Part shown: positions 9,151 through 16,993 of the stretch, piece after piece
How the letters are laid out: each line of letters starts with the position of its first letter
How positions within the stretch are numbered: position 1 is the first letter of the stretch
IMG/VR virus record: IMGVR_UViG_3300010885_015975
DNA length: 20,000 nucleotides
DNA from: an uncultured virus (IMG/VR IMGVR_UViG_3300010885_015975)
Taxonomy: Duplodnaviria; Heunggongvirae; Uroviricota; Caudoviricetes
Direction: 5' to 3' (one strand)
Notes under the pieces: generated by a model
The model's input: the letters and a program-made list of their open reading frames with translations, nothing else
Told to the model about the DNA's origin: nothing
Database searches by the model: none
Position numbers and translations under genes: made by a program

Positions 9151-9331
9151 AATCTTTTTCTTCACAACAATCACAATCTTCTGTGGTTTCTGTGTCTTGT
9201 ATACCATATTCTTGATCATACCAATCCCTAGCCTCAGCTTTTGTAGGCATAGCATAACATCCACAGTACATAGCTTCTGCACCAGAAAGATAAGCTTCAA
9301 TAAGAAGCTTTTTAATCATTACTTTGTTCAT
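9149..9331 (-). CDS. 60-aa small Cys-rich/acidic hypothetical protein
   Basis: ORF ends at the terminator. It has 5 Cys in YCGCY and DCDCC, and is co-oriented with the upstream operon. Confidence 0.65.
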   Translation of the reverse strand: MNKVMIKKLLIEAYLSGAEAMYCGCYAMPTKAEARDWYDQEYGIQDTETTEDCDCCEEKD

Positions 9332-9410
9332 CTTCTTTTATTGCTACTAGTTTATATTTAGATAAATCAACACCTTGTCTTGTTAATGATGCTTCTATAT
9401 CATCTTCCAT
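9312..9410 (-). CDS. 32-aa acidic micro-ORF (missed by the ORF track)
   Basis: The ATG (9410-9408) overlaps the oxygenase stop as TAATG. Translation: MEDDIEASLTRQGVDLSKYKLVAIKEDEQSND*. It fills the gap and overlaps the start of the next ORF. Confidence 0.55.
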   Translation of the reverse strand: MEDDIEASLTRQGVDLSKYKLVAIKEDEQSND

Positions 9411-10021
9411 TATGCTTCGTTAAAAAAGAATATTTGAAATAGTCTTCCAGTTTCTCTATTGTGACCAAAGTAATCATTACCTGAATGAATCAGGCCTCCA
9501 TCAAAAAGGACAAGTCTATTAAATACATTTCCTACTGTATCCTGTCTTTCAAATGGAGTTGGATCTAGAAATGTATCTTTACTGAATGCATTACCATTCT
9601 CACCAACAGACCAGTCTATCTGCTCATTATGATAAACTTTAGACTGTTTATTTCTATAAAAACTTGTACCTGATTGAGGTGGAGCATCTGGAGTCAAGAA
9701 TAATACACCTGCCCACTTCTGTGCATCACAATGAAAAACTTGTGGTACTCCTCCTATACAAGATTGAAATCTACCATTAATACCTACATTATACCAACCA
9801 AATCCATCTTCAGTTATATCAGCAATTTTAACTTGCATGATCTCTTCAAACTTTTCTTTTAATCCTTCAAATAAAAACTGATCACGGGTTCTTTCACCTA
9901 CAGCTCCTTCTCCTGGAAAGTATGTCTGAGCTAATGCATGCTCTCTTACTGCCATAGGATCTTCATAGAAGTCATCTACTACAAAAAATCTTTTGTTAAG
10001 ATTTGAGTTAATTTGAAACAT
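9410..10021 (-). CDS. 2OG-Fe(II) oxygenase-like protein (DUF6445-like)
   Basis: N-terminal VVDDFYEDP..VR..AL; HxD in FHCDAQKWAGVLFLTP; SGTSFY; NVFNRLVLFDGGLIH (distal His); C-terminal RLFQIFFF (2OG-binding Arg). Confidence 0.8.
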   Translation of the reverse strand: MFQINSNLNKRFFVVDDFYEDPMAVREHALAQTYFPGEGAVGERTRDQFLFEGLKEKFEEIMQVKIADITEDGFGWYNVGINGRFQSCIGGVPQVFHCDAQKWAGVLFLTPDAPPQSGTSFYRNKQSKVYHNEQIDWSVGENGNAFSKDTFLDPTPFERQDTVGNVFNRLVLFDGGLIHSGNDYFGHNRETGRLFQIFFFNEA

Positions 10022-10023
10022 AC

Positions 10024-10410
10024 TTATTCTTGTTTAATAAATTTATTAAGTTCTGGTTTAAAGAATCCAGGGCCCTTTAAGATTTTTCCATCTTCTCTAA
10101 GCACTGGTTTTCCATCATCACCTAACTTACTCATATTACTTGCTTGAATTTCATCAAATACATCTTCTATGATATGCTGCATACCGTGTCTAAGAATTGT
10201 ACCACATAAGATATACAACTGATCCCCTAAAGCATCAGCAATTTCTACTAATGAATTTTCATCACATGCATCTAAGTATTCATCATTCTCTTCTTGCATA
10301 AGAGAGTGTCTAAGTTCATATTCATCTTCAGTTAATGGTCTTGGATATTTACCATTGTTTTGTCCAAATGCATTATGGAACTTTTCTACGGCTTCTAGTT
10401 GTTTTTTCAT
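10024..10410 (-). CDS. MazG-like / all-alpha NTP pyrophosphohydrolase (PRA-PH-like)
   Basis: Motifs LMQEENDEY, EIADALGDQLYI, EIQASNMSK and REDGKILKGP, typical of this family. Confidence 0.88.
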   Translation of the reverse strand: MKKQLEAVEKFHNAFGQNNGKYPRPLTEDEYELRHSLMQEENDEYLDACDENSLVEIADALGDQLYILCGTILRHGMQHIIEDVFDEIQASNMSKLGDDGKPVLREDGKILKGPGFFKPELNKFIKQE

Positions 10411-10414
10411 ATTA

Positions 10415-10422
10415 CAAAGGTA
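10415..10422 (-). promoter_or_regulatory. Candidate Bacteroidota sigma-A -7 element (TAnnTTTG)
   Basis: The - strand reads TACCTTTG-TAAT-ATG, directly after a terminator and 4 nt before the MazG-like start. The motif is short and occurs by chance in AT-rich DNA, so position is the main support. Confidence 0.5.
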
Positions 10423-10452
10423 AAAAAAAAGGGATAGTTTTCACCACCCCTT
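10422..10452 (-). terminator. Intrinsic terminator after the DUF932-like gene
   Basis: - strand AAGGGGTGGT-GAAA-ACTATCCCTT followed by a T run; GNRA tetraloop with G-U pairs. Confidence 0.85.
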
Positions 10453-10472
10453 AATTGATAATTTATTCATCA

Positions 10473-11702
10473 CTAAAAGAAGTCCGGAAGTGAATCTGGA
10501 TCTTCATTAGTTTCTTCATTGAAGTCTAGCTCAAAATTATCTGCTAATGCAAATTCATCTTTAGTGTCTTCAATAATTTCTTTTTCTGTTACTGAAGTTT
10601 CTACAGCTGCATTATGAAATTCTATAGACTCAAATGTATTACCATCTTTATCGGTATATTGCAATATAGATTCTTCAGGTTGCTCTAAAGCTAGTTCTTC
10701 TACTTCTAATTCATCTATAACTTCTTCTTCATCATTTAACTCTTCATTTTCTAGCGCAGCAATAGAGACTTCTATGTCATTATCTACACCATATAACTGA
10801 TGAGCTAATTCATTTTCAGTTAATACTCTTTCTTCTTCATCATTTGCAGCATATCTGATATCTTCATCTATTATATCAGCCTCCATATCGGCAATCTGAT
10901 CTAACAAGTTTGTTTGATTAGGATCTGAATAGACCACCGGTACAACTACCTCTTCTACTACAGGAACAACAACAACTGCTGGAGCCTGTGCAAAGTTATT
11001 AATACTAGAAATAAAGTAGTGTAATATTCTTTGATCCTCCATCCATGTTTTAGGATGTGATGTCTGAAGAGCAATAGTAACATAGTTATAAAAGGCCCAT
11101 AAACTATCTGTATTAGTAAATACATGATAAGGTTTCTTCATTTGATCTCTTACCATACTAGCTTGCTCAGTTGTTAGAATTTCATACTCTGCAAATAGTA
11201 CACCCAATAGCTGTGATTGTTTTCTCTTATTTAGGGAGATTGTTTCCATAGAAGCTTTGTCACTACATAATTGATTGTAGTACATGTGTGCATTAGAAAT
11301 GTAAGAATCTATTGTCTCTTGTGTTTCTGTATCTGCAGTTCCTGTATGTTTTCTAACCCAACTACCTATATCTCCTGAAATCATAACTGAACCAGTCTTA
11401 TTTACATAAGCACCGATTACACATTTAAACTTTACTTGTTTATTATAACTATTTGTCCAAGCAAACATCATAGCTAATTCAGGATCATTATTGTAGTTTA
11501 GTTTATAAACTCCTTGAGCAATCTGCCCATCAGCAGTACATCTGTACTCCTCTTCTAAAACTATAAACCCTGCAGCAGACAGGGCTTGGTGTGCATAATT
11601 AATAATAAACTCATGACTAATTACAGTGTAACTAGCTCCATGTTGTGGCAAATCTATTGATAACAAATTTGCTTTTGTTGTGTGTTGAATTTTCTTTGGC
11701 AT
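10473..11702 (-). CDS. DUF932-like phage protein with long acidic C-terminal tail
   Basis: The N-terminal ~235 aa contain YTVISH, WTNSYNK...F...G, RKHTG and SLWAFYNYVT, typical of DUF932/DUF945-like proteins. The last ~170 aa are E/D-rich and end PDFF. Confidence 0.65.
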   Translation of the reverse strand: MPKKIQHTTKANLLSIDLPQHGASYTVISHEFIINYAHQALSAAGFIVLEEEYRCTADGQIAQGVYKLNYNNDPELAMMFAWTNSYNKQVKFKCVIGAYVNKTGSVMISGDIGSWVRKHTGTADTETQETIDSYISNAHMYYNQLCSDKASMETISLNKRKQSQLLGVLFAEYEILTTEQASMVRDQMKKPYHVFTNTDSLWAFYNYVTIALQTSHPKTWMEDQRILHYFISSINNFAQAPAVVVVPVVEEVVVPVVYSDPNQTNLLDQIADMEADIIDEDIRYAANDEEERVLTENELAHQLYGVDNDIEVSIAALENEELNDEEEVIDELEVEELALEQPEESILQYTDKDGNTFESIEFHNAAVETSVTEKEIIEDTKDEFALADNFELDFNEETNEDPDSLPDFF

Positions 11703-11704
11703 AA

Positions 11705-13609
11705 TTAAAATAAACTTAATTGGTTTGAAAATGGTTCTAGAGAATTTATTTCTTTTCTTATCTTCTCTAGATAGTAATCATAGTTAATATTGTATTCTTC
11801 AAATGGTTTATCTACATAGTCAATCATTAGACTTTGCATCCATTTCCCAGCTTCTACCTGGATTTCTCTATTGTCTGAGTTATTCTTTTTAATAATTTTA
11901 GACCCTGTTTTAGAGACATAATATCTTATTGTGTGTTGTAAAGGTTCTTCTTTATAAAGACCATCTACTACTTTGTGTTCTGTAAACTTCCAGTCTCCTT
12001 TAATTTTTACACCACCACAAAAATCAAAAATGTTTAAATTTTCATTTATAAACTTTTCAGGTTTAACACCATCTACAAAATATGCATGCAATGCTTTAGG
12101 TATTACTAGAAAACTTTTATTTTTATGAAGAGCTAAATCTTTATACTCAAATCTACCTTTACATTTAGATTTACCAGCTTCATTTACTGCAATGTAATTA
12201 TTTACATCACCCAGAACAATCTTAGAATACTTATCATGTTCTAATAAAAGATTAGTCATCTTTTCCCATCTTGCACAAATCTCCATATACTGTGCTTCAT
12301 ACTCTCTTGGGATTAATGTCTCAAGACCATCTGTATTCTGCATTATTGGAGCAGCACCTGGAATCTCTTCACAAATCATCTCATAGAGCATGCTAAGACT
12401 TAGCTGACCATTTATAGTAATACTCATTGTAAATTGAGGATCATACAGAAAACTATTCTCATCATTGCTCAATCCATAGGTTGAATTTAAGATAATCTTG
12501 TATACATAATTTTTAGGATCTGATTTTGGAATCTTCTTTCTTTCTTCAAAGAACCACTCATATAGTTGAGAAAATTCTTCTTTAGGTAAATGTGCTGGTG
12601 CCCAATTGTTTCTAATTGCTAAATTTGGATAAAAACTTACAACATCAGAACTCATAATAATCATATCATCATTTGAGTTGTAAACTTTACTAGGTCTTGC
12701 ACCGTGAATACCACCAAGACCATAATCAGTCTTTACACCTTTATACTGCACAGAATATTTAAAACCTCCTTTAGTTTCTCCGGGATATAAAACCACTTCT
12801 TGAAACTTCTTTAGGAGATTTTGAAACGTAGCTGTCTTGAATTCAATATAAGGTAATATAATATCTTTAAAGACAATTTGATCACGTTGTGTTCTTAATT
12901 GTTTCAAATCATATTTTTTGATACCTGTAGATTTACTTAAGAAATGTAAAAACAATTCTTTAGAAATACGAGGCTCAGAAGCTGAAAACAAATCTATATC
13001 ATATTCTTCTGTTAATGCTTTTCTAAGATTAATTTGCTCTTTACTTAAGTGCATGATCTTCTTAGTAGACTTAACATCATTAATACAATACTTGATGATT
13101 TCGGGAATCTGATAATCTTCTACTTCAGTAGTATGATGTATTGGCATGTCCATTATGTTCTTCCAATCCATTGTATACTGAATCCATTTTAATGAACTTC
13201 TCTTAGCTGGATTATCCCAATGATTAAGTTTAAAGACATCAATTTGTCTAATACTTAAATCTTTAGGACTAAACGTAGCAAACTCTCTGTCATTACTTTT
13301 CTGGATAGACTCTTGTGCTTTCTGATAAATCCATCTTGCAATTTCTTCACCATCCCCATAACCATAAACTAACTGATCTTCATTCCTAAGAATGTGCTCA
13401 GTTATTTGACTGTCAAATGCTAATCCATTAAAGGATATATGCCATTCATTTAAACTTTGATTTCTTTTTAGAAAGTGTATTAAGTCTACAATATCATTTT
13501 TAGACTTGTGACATACAAATATTTCTCGGTATTCAGATTTTACATCTTCAAATACCCCTATGAAACAATTTTTAAGAGTTTCATAGTCCATTACCCAATG
13601 TGTTCTCAT
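11705..13609 (-). CDS. polB: Family B DNA polymerase with 3'-5' exonuclease domain
   Basis: ExoI MDYET, ExoII FNGLAFD, ExoIII YCINDV; polymerase motif A DVVSFYPN, motif B YKIILNSTYG, motif C NTDG. Confidence 0.95.
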   Translation of the reverse strand: MRTHWVMDYETLKNCFIGVFEDVKSEYREIFVCHKSKNDIVDLIHFLKRNQSLNEWHISFNGLAFDSQITEHILRNEDQLVYGYGDGEEIARWIYQKAQESIQKSNDREFATFSPKDLSIRQIDVFKLNHWDNPAKRSSLKWIQYTMDWKNIMDMPIHHTTEVEDYQIPEIIKYCINDVKSTKKIMHLSKEQINLRKALTEEYDIDLFSASEPRISKELFLHFLSKSTGIKKYDLKQLRTQRDQIVFKDIILPYIEFKTATFQNLLKKFQEVVLYPGETKGGFKYSVQYKGVKTDYGLGGIHGARPSKVYNSNDDMIIMSSDVVSFYPNLAIRNNWAPAHLPKEEFSQLYEWFFEERKKIPKSDPKNYVYKIILNSTYGLSNDENSFLYDPQFTMSITINGQLSLSMLYEMICEEIPGAAPIMQNTDGLETLIPREYEAQYMEICARWEKMTNLLLEHDKYSKIVLGDVNNYIAVNEAGKSKCKGRFEYKDLALHKNKSFLVIPKALHAYFVDGVKPEKFINENLNIFDFCGGVKIKGDWKFTEHKVVDGLYKEEPLQHTIRYYVSKTGSKIIKKNNSDNREIQVEAGKWMQSLMIDYVDKPFEEYNINYDYYLEKIRKEINSLEPFSNQLSLF

Positions 13610-13649
13610 AGGCTATTATTCAGTTAAGCTGTTTCCCCTTTTAGTAAAT

Positions 13650-13678
13650 AAAAAAAGGGTGAGCATATACCCACCCTT
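13650..13678 (-). terminator. Intrinsic terminator upstream of polB
   Basis: - strand AAGGGTGGGT-ATAT-GCTCACCCTT followed by TTTTT, 17 nt after the stop of the 118-aa ORF. Confidence 0.8.
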
Positions 13679-13695
13679 CTCAAGTGATAGTAAAT

Positions 13696-14052
13696 TTATG
13701 CTTTTTTAGCTTCTTTCATAAACTTTTTGTAATCAAAACTCTCTGCATTAACTGCAAATGCTTGAATTAATTCTTCTGTTGCTTTTTTATCTTCAACATA
13801 AAATTCTTGAAAAACTTCCAACTTATGTCTTTCTTGTTTCATTCCTTTACTTCCTGTAAGTGGTTGACCGTATTCATCTAATTTTGGCAACATATGTAAT
13901 GTTGTTTTTTTAATATTAGAGATCACTACAAATACATTACTAGTAGGGTCAAAGATACATTCTACATATGGACAGTCTGTGCTAGTAGGAATCATTCTAA
14001 AAGTTTGGCTTTCTTGCCAAGTTGCTTGTACAAGCATCATTGATTTATTCAT
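13696..14052 (-). CDS. 118-aa hypothetical phage protein
   Basis: Tightly packed co-oriented ORF with protein-like composition (CPYVECIFDP, LHMLPKLDEYG); no family recognised. Confidence 0.8.
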   Translation of the reverse strand: MNKSMMLVQATWQESQTFRMIPTSTDCPYVECIFDPTSNVFVVISNIKKTTLHMLPKLDEYGQPLTGSKGMKQERHKLEVFQEFYVEDKKATEELIQAFAVNAESFDYKKFMKEAKKA

Positions 14053-14056
14053 TTTT

Positions 14057-14638
14057 TTATGGTTTTGACAAATTTAACAATTTTTCATTTATATTATCCA
14101 AATCTGCTATTTCAATTACTAAAGTTTCTTTAGCAGTATCTGGTTTGCTGCATAATTCTCCAACTTTTATCAACATCTCAGGCTCAACATCTAAAAGTTC
14201 AGCATAATTATTAAAATACTTTTCTGGTATTAAATAACTATGTATGTATGCATAATTGCCACTGTATTTATCAAAAAAGCCAAGGATTTTTTGCTTTAAT
14301 TCTAAACTTATTTTACTATATCTTCCATTAATTAAATGGAACCAATCATTTTCCATATCGGAAAAATCAAATGTTAATATAGCTTGAGAGTTTACTTTTA
14401 TATAATCACAAAGTCTATTGTGTTTTAACAAAATATTTTTCTCAAATAAAATATACTCATCATCTGTTCTTATATCATATACACATATTAATTTCATATC
14501 CTCAGAGTTGTAATAGCCATCCCAACCAAAATAAGTTTCAACTGGAATAACACTTACACCTCTTTTTATTCCAAGTAGCGGATATAAAAACACCTTGGAT
14601 TTTTGAAAATACTTCTTATAAACAGAATTTAAAGCCAT
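14057..14638 (-). CDS. 193-aa hypothetical phage protein
   Basis: Tightly packed ORF (YFQKSKVFLYPLLGI, GRYSKIS, VGELCSKPD); no family recognised. Confidence 0.8.
   Translation of the reverse strand: MALNSVYKKYFQKSKVFLYPLLGIKRGVSVIPVETYFGWDGYYNSEDMKLICVYDIRTDDEYILFEKNILLKHNRLCDYIKVNSQAILTFDFSDMENDWFHLINGRYSKISLELKQKILGFFDKYSGNYAYIHSYLIPEKYFNNYAELLDVEPEMLIKVGELCSKPDTAKETLVIEIADLDNINEKLLNLSKP
14069..14076 (-). promoter_or_regulatory. Candidate Bacteroidota -7 element TAAATTTG
   Basis: Located 16 nt upstream of the ATG at 14052, with a TTTG ~22 nt further upstream (-33-like). It lies inside the 3' end of the 193-aa gene. Confidence 0.35.
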
Positions 14639-14643
14639 AATCT

Positions 14644-15651
14644 TTATAGTTTTACATTTCCTAATGCTAATTCATATGGAAGATCATATTTTTTGTTATC
14701 ATAATGCCAAGCAACTTTGGAAATTACAGTATCAAAATCAGATTTCCATTTAATTAGTGTTTCTGAAGATACTTGATAAGGATATACCTGATTATACTTG
14801 TCAATTACAATAAATGTAATCTGAAAATTATAATCTGCAAATTCTGTGAAATGATATTTTGCTAACTGTATATAAATAATGGCTTGAATCCAATATCTAT
14901 AATACTCCACAGAATCTGGGAAATCTTGTATGGACTTACCAAGAGTCTTTAAGTCATTAATAAAGATAGTTTTTGTATTGTGATCTATAACAATATTGTC
15001 AAGCATTCCATGAAAGCCAAATGTCTGTTCACTTGGTTCGGCTTTAATAAATAACTCATTGTAAACCTCAATAGTTTTGTCATCTTCATCTTTGTTTATT
15101 TGTAACAGTGCTCTTACTTCCTGATTAGCTTTAAGAACATCTACAGACATTTTACATGCTGCTAATGTTGGCTCATCAACTACTGTTTTATCTAAACAAG
15201 TTTTGAGGAATTCAAAATAATCAATGTTCTCTTGAGTTAAAATCTTGTCAATTCTTTGTTGATCAGTTTTAAGAGCTTGATATAAGTTAACTGTAAGGAG
15301 TTGTGTAAGTATTTCTTGTGAGTAATCAGACAAATTTAAGGTATTATTTCCTAATGACAAGTGATATTTGAAAATATTATCTATAATTTTTTTCTGGCTA
15401 TCTGTTGGGATCTTACCAGGTAAAGTTACAAATTGTTTATCAAAATTGTCCTCCTCCAGTAGAAGGCAGTGTAAGACACGACCTGCTACCAGGTGCGTGT
15501 CTGTACTGTCTTCTCTTTGGTTGAGCACATAATGATTGTAAAACATTACAGGTGAGAACAATAACTTATTAATCCCACTGTAACTAAAGTAAAACTTTTT
15601 TTTGTAAAAAAGTTCAAGTTCATCAGAACCAGTCAAAGTCATTGGTGTCAT
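14644..15651 (-). CDS. PD-(D/E)XK nuclease (RecB / exonuclease VIII-like)
   Basis: FSYSGINKL, GRVLHCLLLE, E(LFI), GMLDNIVID...INDLKT and YWIQAIIY give the canonical motif order for this class. Confidence 0.85.
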   Translation of the reverse strand: MTPMTLTGSDELELFYKKKFYFSYSGINKLLFSPVMFYNHYVLNQREDSTDTHLVAGRVLHCLLLEEDNFDKQFVTLPGKIPTDSQKKIIDNIFKYHLSLGNNTLNLSDYSQEILTQLLTVNLYQALKTDQQRIDKILTQENIDYFEFLKTCLDKTVVDEPTLAACKMSVDVLKANQEVRALLQINKDEDDKTIEVYNELFIKAEPSEQTFGFHGMLDNIVIDHNTKTIFINDLKTLGKSIQDFPDSVEYYRYWIQAIIYIQLAKYHFTEFADYNFQITFIVIDKYNQVYPYQVSSETLIKWKSDFDTVISKVAWHYDNKKYDLPYELALGNVKL

Positions 15652-16897
15652 TTGTTTTTATTTGATTGTTATTTGATTCCGGTTTGTCACAAATGTTGTC
15701 TAAATTTGTTACAACTTCTTCTTCTAGAATATCTTCTACTGTAATCTCAGATTCTTGTTCTTCAATAACTGCTTCTATTTGAATTGGAATTTCTTCTATT
15801 TCTTCTTCAGTTATAGGCTTTTCTACTAATGTAGGGACATAATCTTTTTGTGTCTCATAAGTATAATTTGAATTTAATTTTGCAATATGATCAGGATGAA
15901 CAGTAATAGTTTTTACAGTAAAGTATTCACTGTCTCCAGTGCGTTGGATATCATTACTTAAATACTCCATGATAATTTCTAATTTATCTGTAGTAAACTG
16001 ATCTTTATTCTCTAAACTTTTAGCAATATCATCAATATTAGTACTAAGATAACTTTTATCTTTACCTAGATAACCAATTAAAGATTTGAAATTAACATGA
16101 TTTCTAGTATGTCTATCAGATATCTTACCAGCATATTTATAAAACAAAAGTTCTAAATAAATCAAACTTTCTACATACTTAGAATTAGCCATGATTTCCA
16201 TAGCAAGAACGTGATTATCATTATCTGAACTTTCAAACATTTCTGAAAGATGTTCAAACATATCTTTATCAATTTCAGTAGCATCTTCACCATTTAATAC
16301 ATTCATTACACATGATTCATCTAAAAGTTCTTTACCTAGAATTGAATTATATAAATCAGCATACTCATCTTTAATCATAGATAATCTTTCACTGTATGGA
16401 AAAGCAGCATCTTGAGGAATTTTGTTTGAAATCCAGTCCTTTAAGTTATAGTCTATTGCAATAAGCTCTTTATCATAATACTCCAATGCAGTTTCTATTT
16501 TATCAAGATTGTGATCATCTATATCAGATTTGTATAGTTCAATAAAAGCTTTGAAATCTTCAGTCTTACATTTGTATGACCAATGAGATGTTGTAATATC
16601 ACTTAAACTTTTCTTAGAAGCAAATATAACAGTTGCTTGTTCTATATCTCGTATAGTTCTAATGCCATATTCTACACATACATTTTTAAATTTTACTCTA
16701 GGTACATTTACACCCGGTAAAAAATAGATTTTATCTCCTTTACTAGGGTTATATGGTGTTTTAACTAAGTTAAATAAATCAGTAATTTCTGTATTAAAAT
16801 CTCCTGTTATCATATTGATTTCAAATGTTCCATCAGGAAAACGATCATAGTTTACACTATATCTAGCTACATCGCATGTTATTTTTAGAATATTCAT
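15623..16897 (-). CDS. 424-aa hypothetical protein: possible BRCT-like N-terminal region, central helical domain, acidic tail
   Basis: KGDKIYFLPG...RVKFKNVCVEYGIRTIRDIEQATVIF is reminiscent of BRCT. The central part shares LxxMxxSxDxxNxxxA with the 140-aa ORF. The tail ends NDFDWF. Confidence 0.75.
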   Translation of the reverse strand: MNILKITCDVARYSVNYDRFPDGTFEINMITGDFNTEITDLFNLVKTPYNPSKGDKIYFLPGVNVPRVKFKNVCVEYGIRTIRDIEQATVIFASKKSLSDITTSHWSYKCKTEDFKAFIELYKSDIDDHNLDKIETALEYYDKELIAIDYNLKDWISNKIPQDAAFPYSERLSMIKDEYADLYNSILGKELLDESCVMNVLNGEDATEIDKDMFEHLSEMFESSDNDNHVLAMEIMANSKYVESLIYLELLFYKYAGKISDRHTRNHVNFKSLIGYLGKDKSYLSTNIDDIAKSLENKDQFTTDKLEIIMEYLSNDIQRTGDSEYFTVKTITVHPDHIAKLNSNYTYETQKDYVPTLVEKPITEEEIEEIPIQIEAVIEEQESEITVEDILEEEVVTNLDNICDKPESNNNQIKTNDTNDFDWF

Positions 16898-16910
16898 ATT
16901 TAAAATATTT

Positions 16911-16936
16911 AAAAAGGGAGAGTATTACCTCTCCCT
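16911..16936 (-). terminator. Intrinsic terminator after the AAA+ ATPase gene
   Basis: Perfect 8-bp stem AGGGAGAG-GTAATA-CTCTCCCT followed by TTTT on the - strand. Confidence 0.8.
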
Positions 16937-16993
16937 ATGTTTGTATTTAATTAAAATAATGGGTTTTTAAAGTGGAAATCTTCTACGTTAGAT

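Noticed and set aside
10930..10985. VVVVPVVEEVVVPVV hydrophobic stretch as a transmembrane helix or DNA repeat
   Set aside because: It is interrupted by Pro/Glu and is a low-complexity linker without exact nucleotide tandem repeats.
11705..13609. Intein or group I intron in polB
   Set aside because: All exonuclease and polymerase motifs lie in one 634-aa ORF with normal spacing; no splice-junction or homing endonuclease motifs seen.
14644..15651. Cas4 / CRISPR association of the nuclease
   Set aside because: No four-Cys Fe-S cluster pattern, and I saw no repeat-spacer array in the window.
16936..16943. + strand TATGTTTG (TAnnTTTG) pointing antisense into the ATPase gene
   Set aside because: The motif is short, expected repeatedly by chance in AT-rich DNA, and has no downstream sense gene or clear -33 element.
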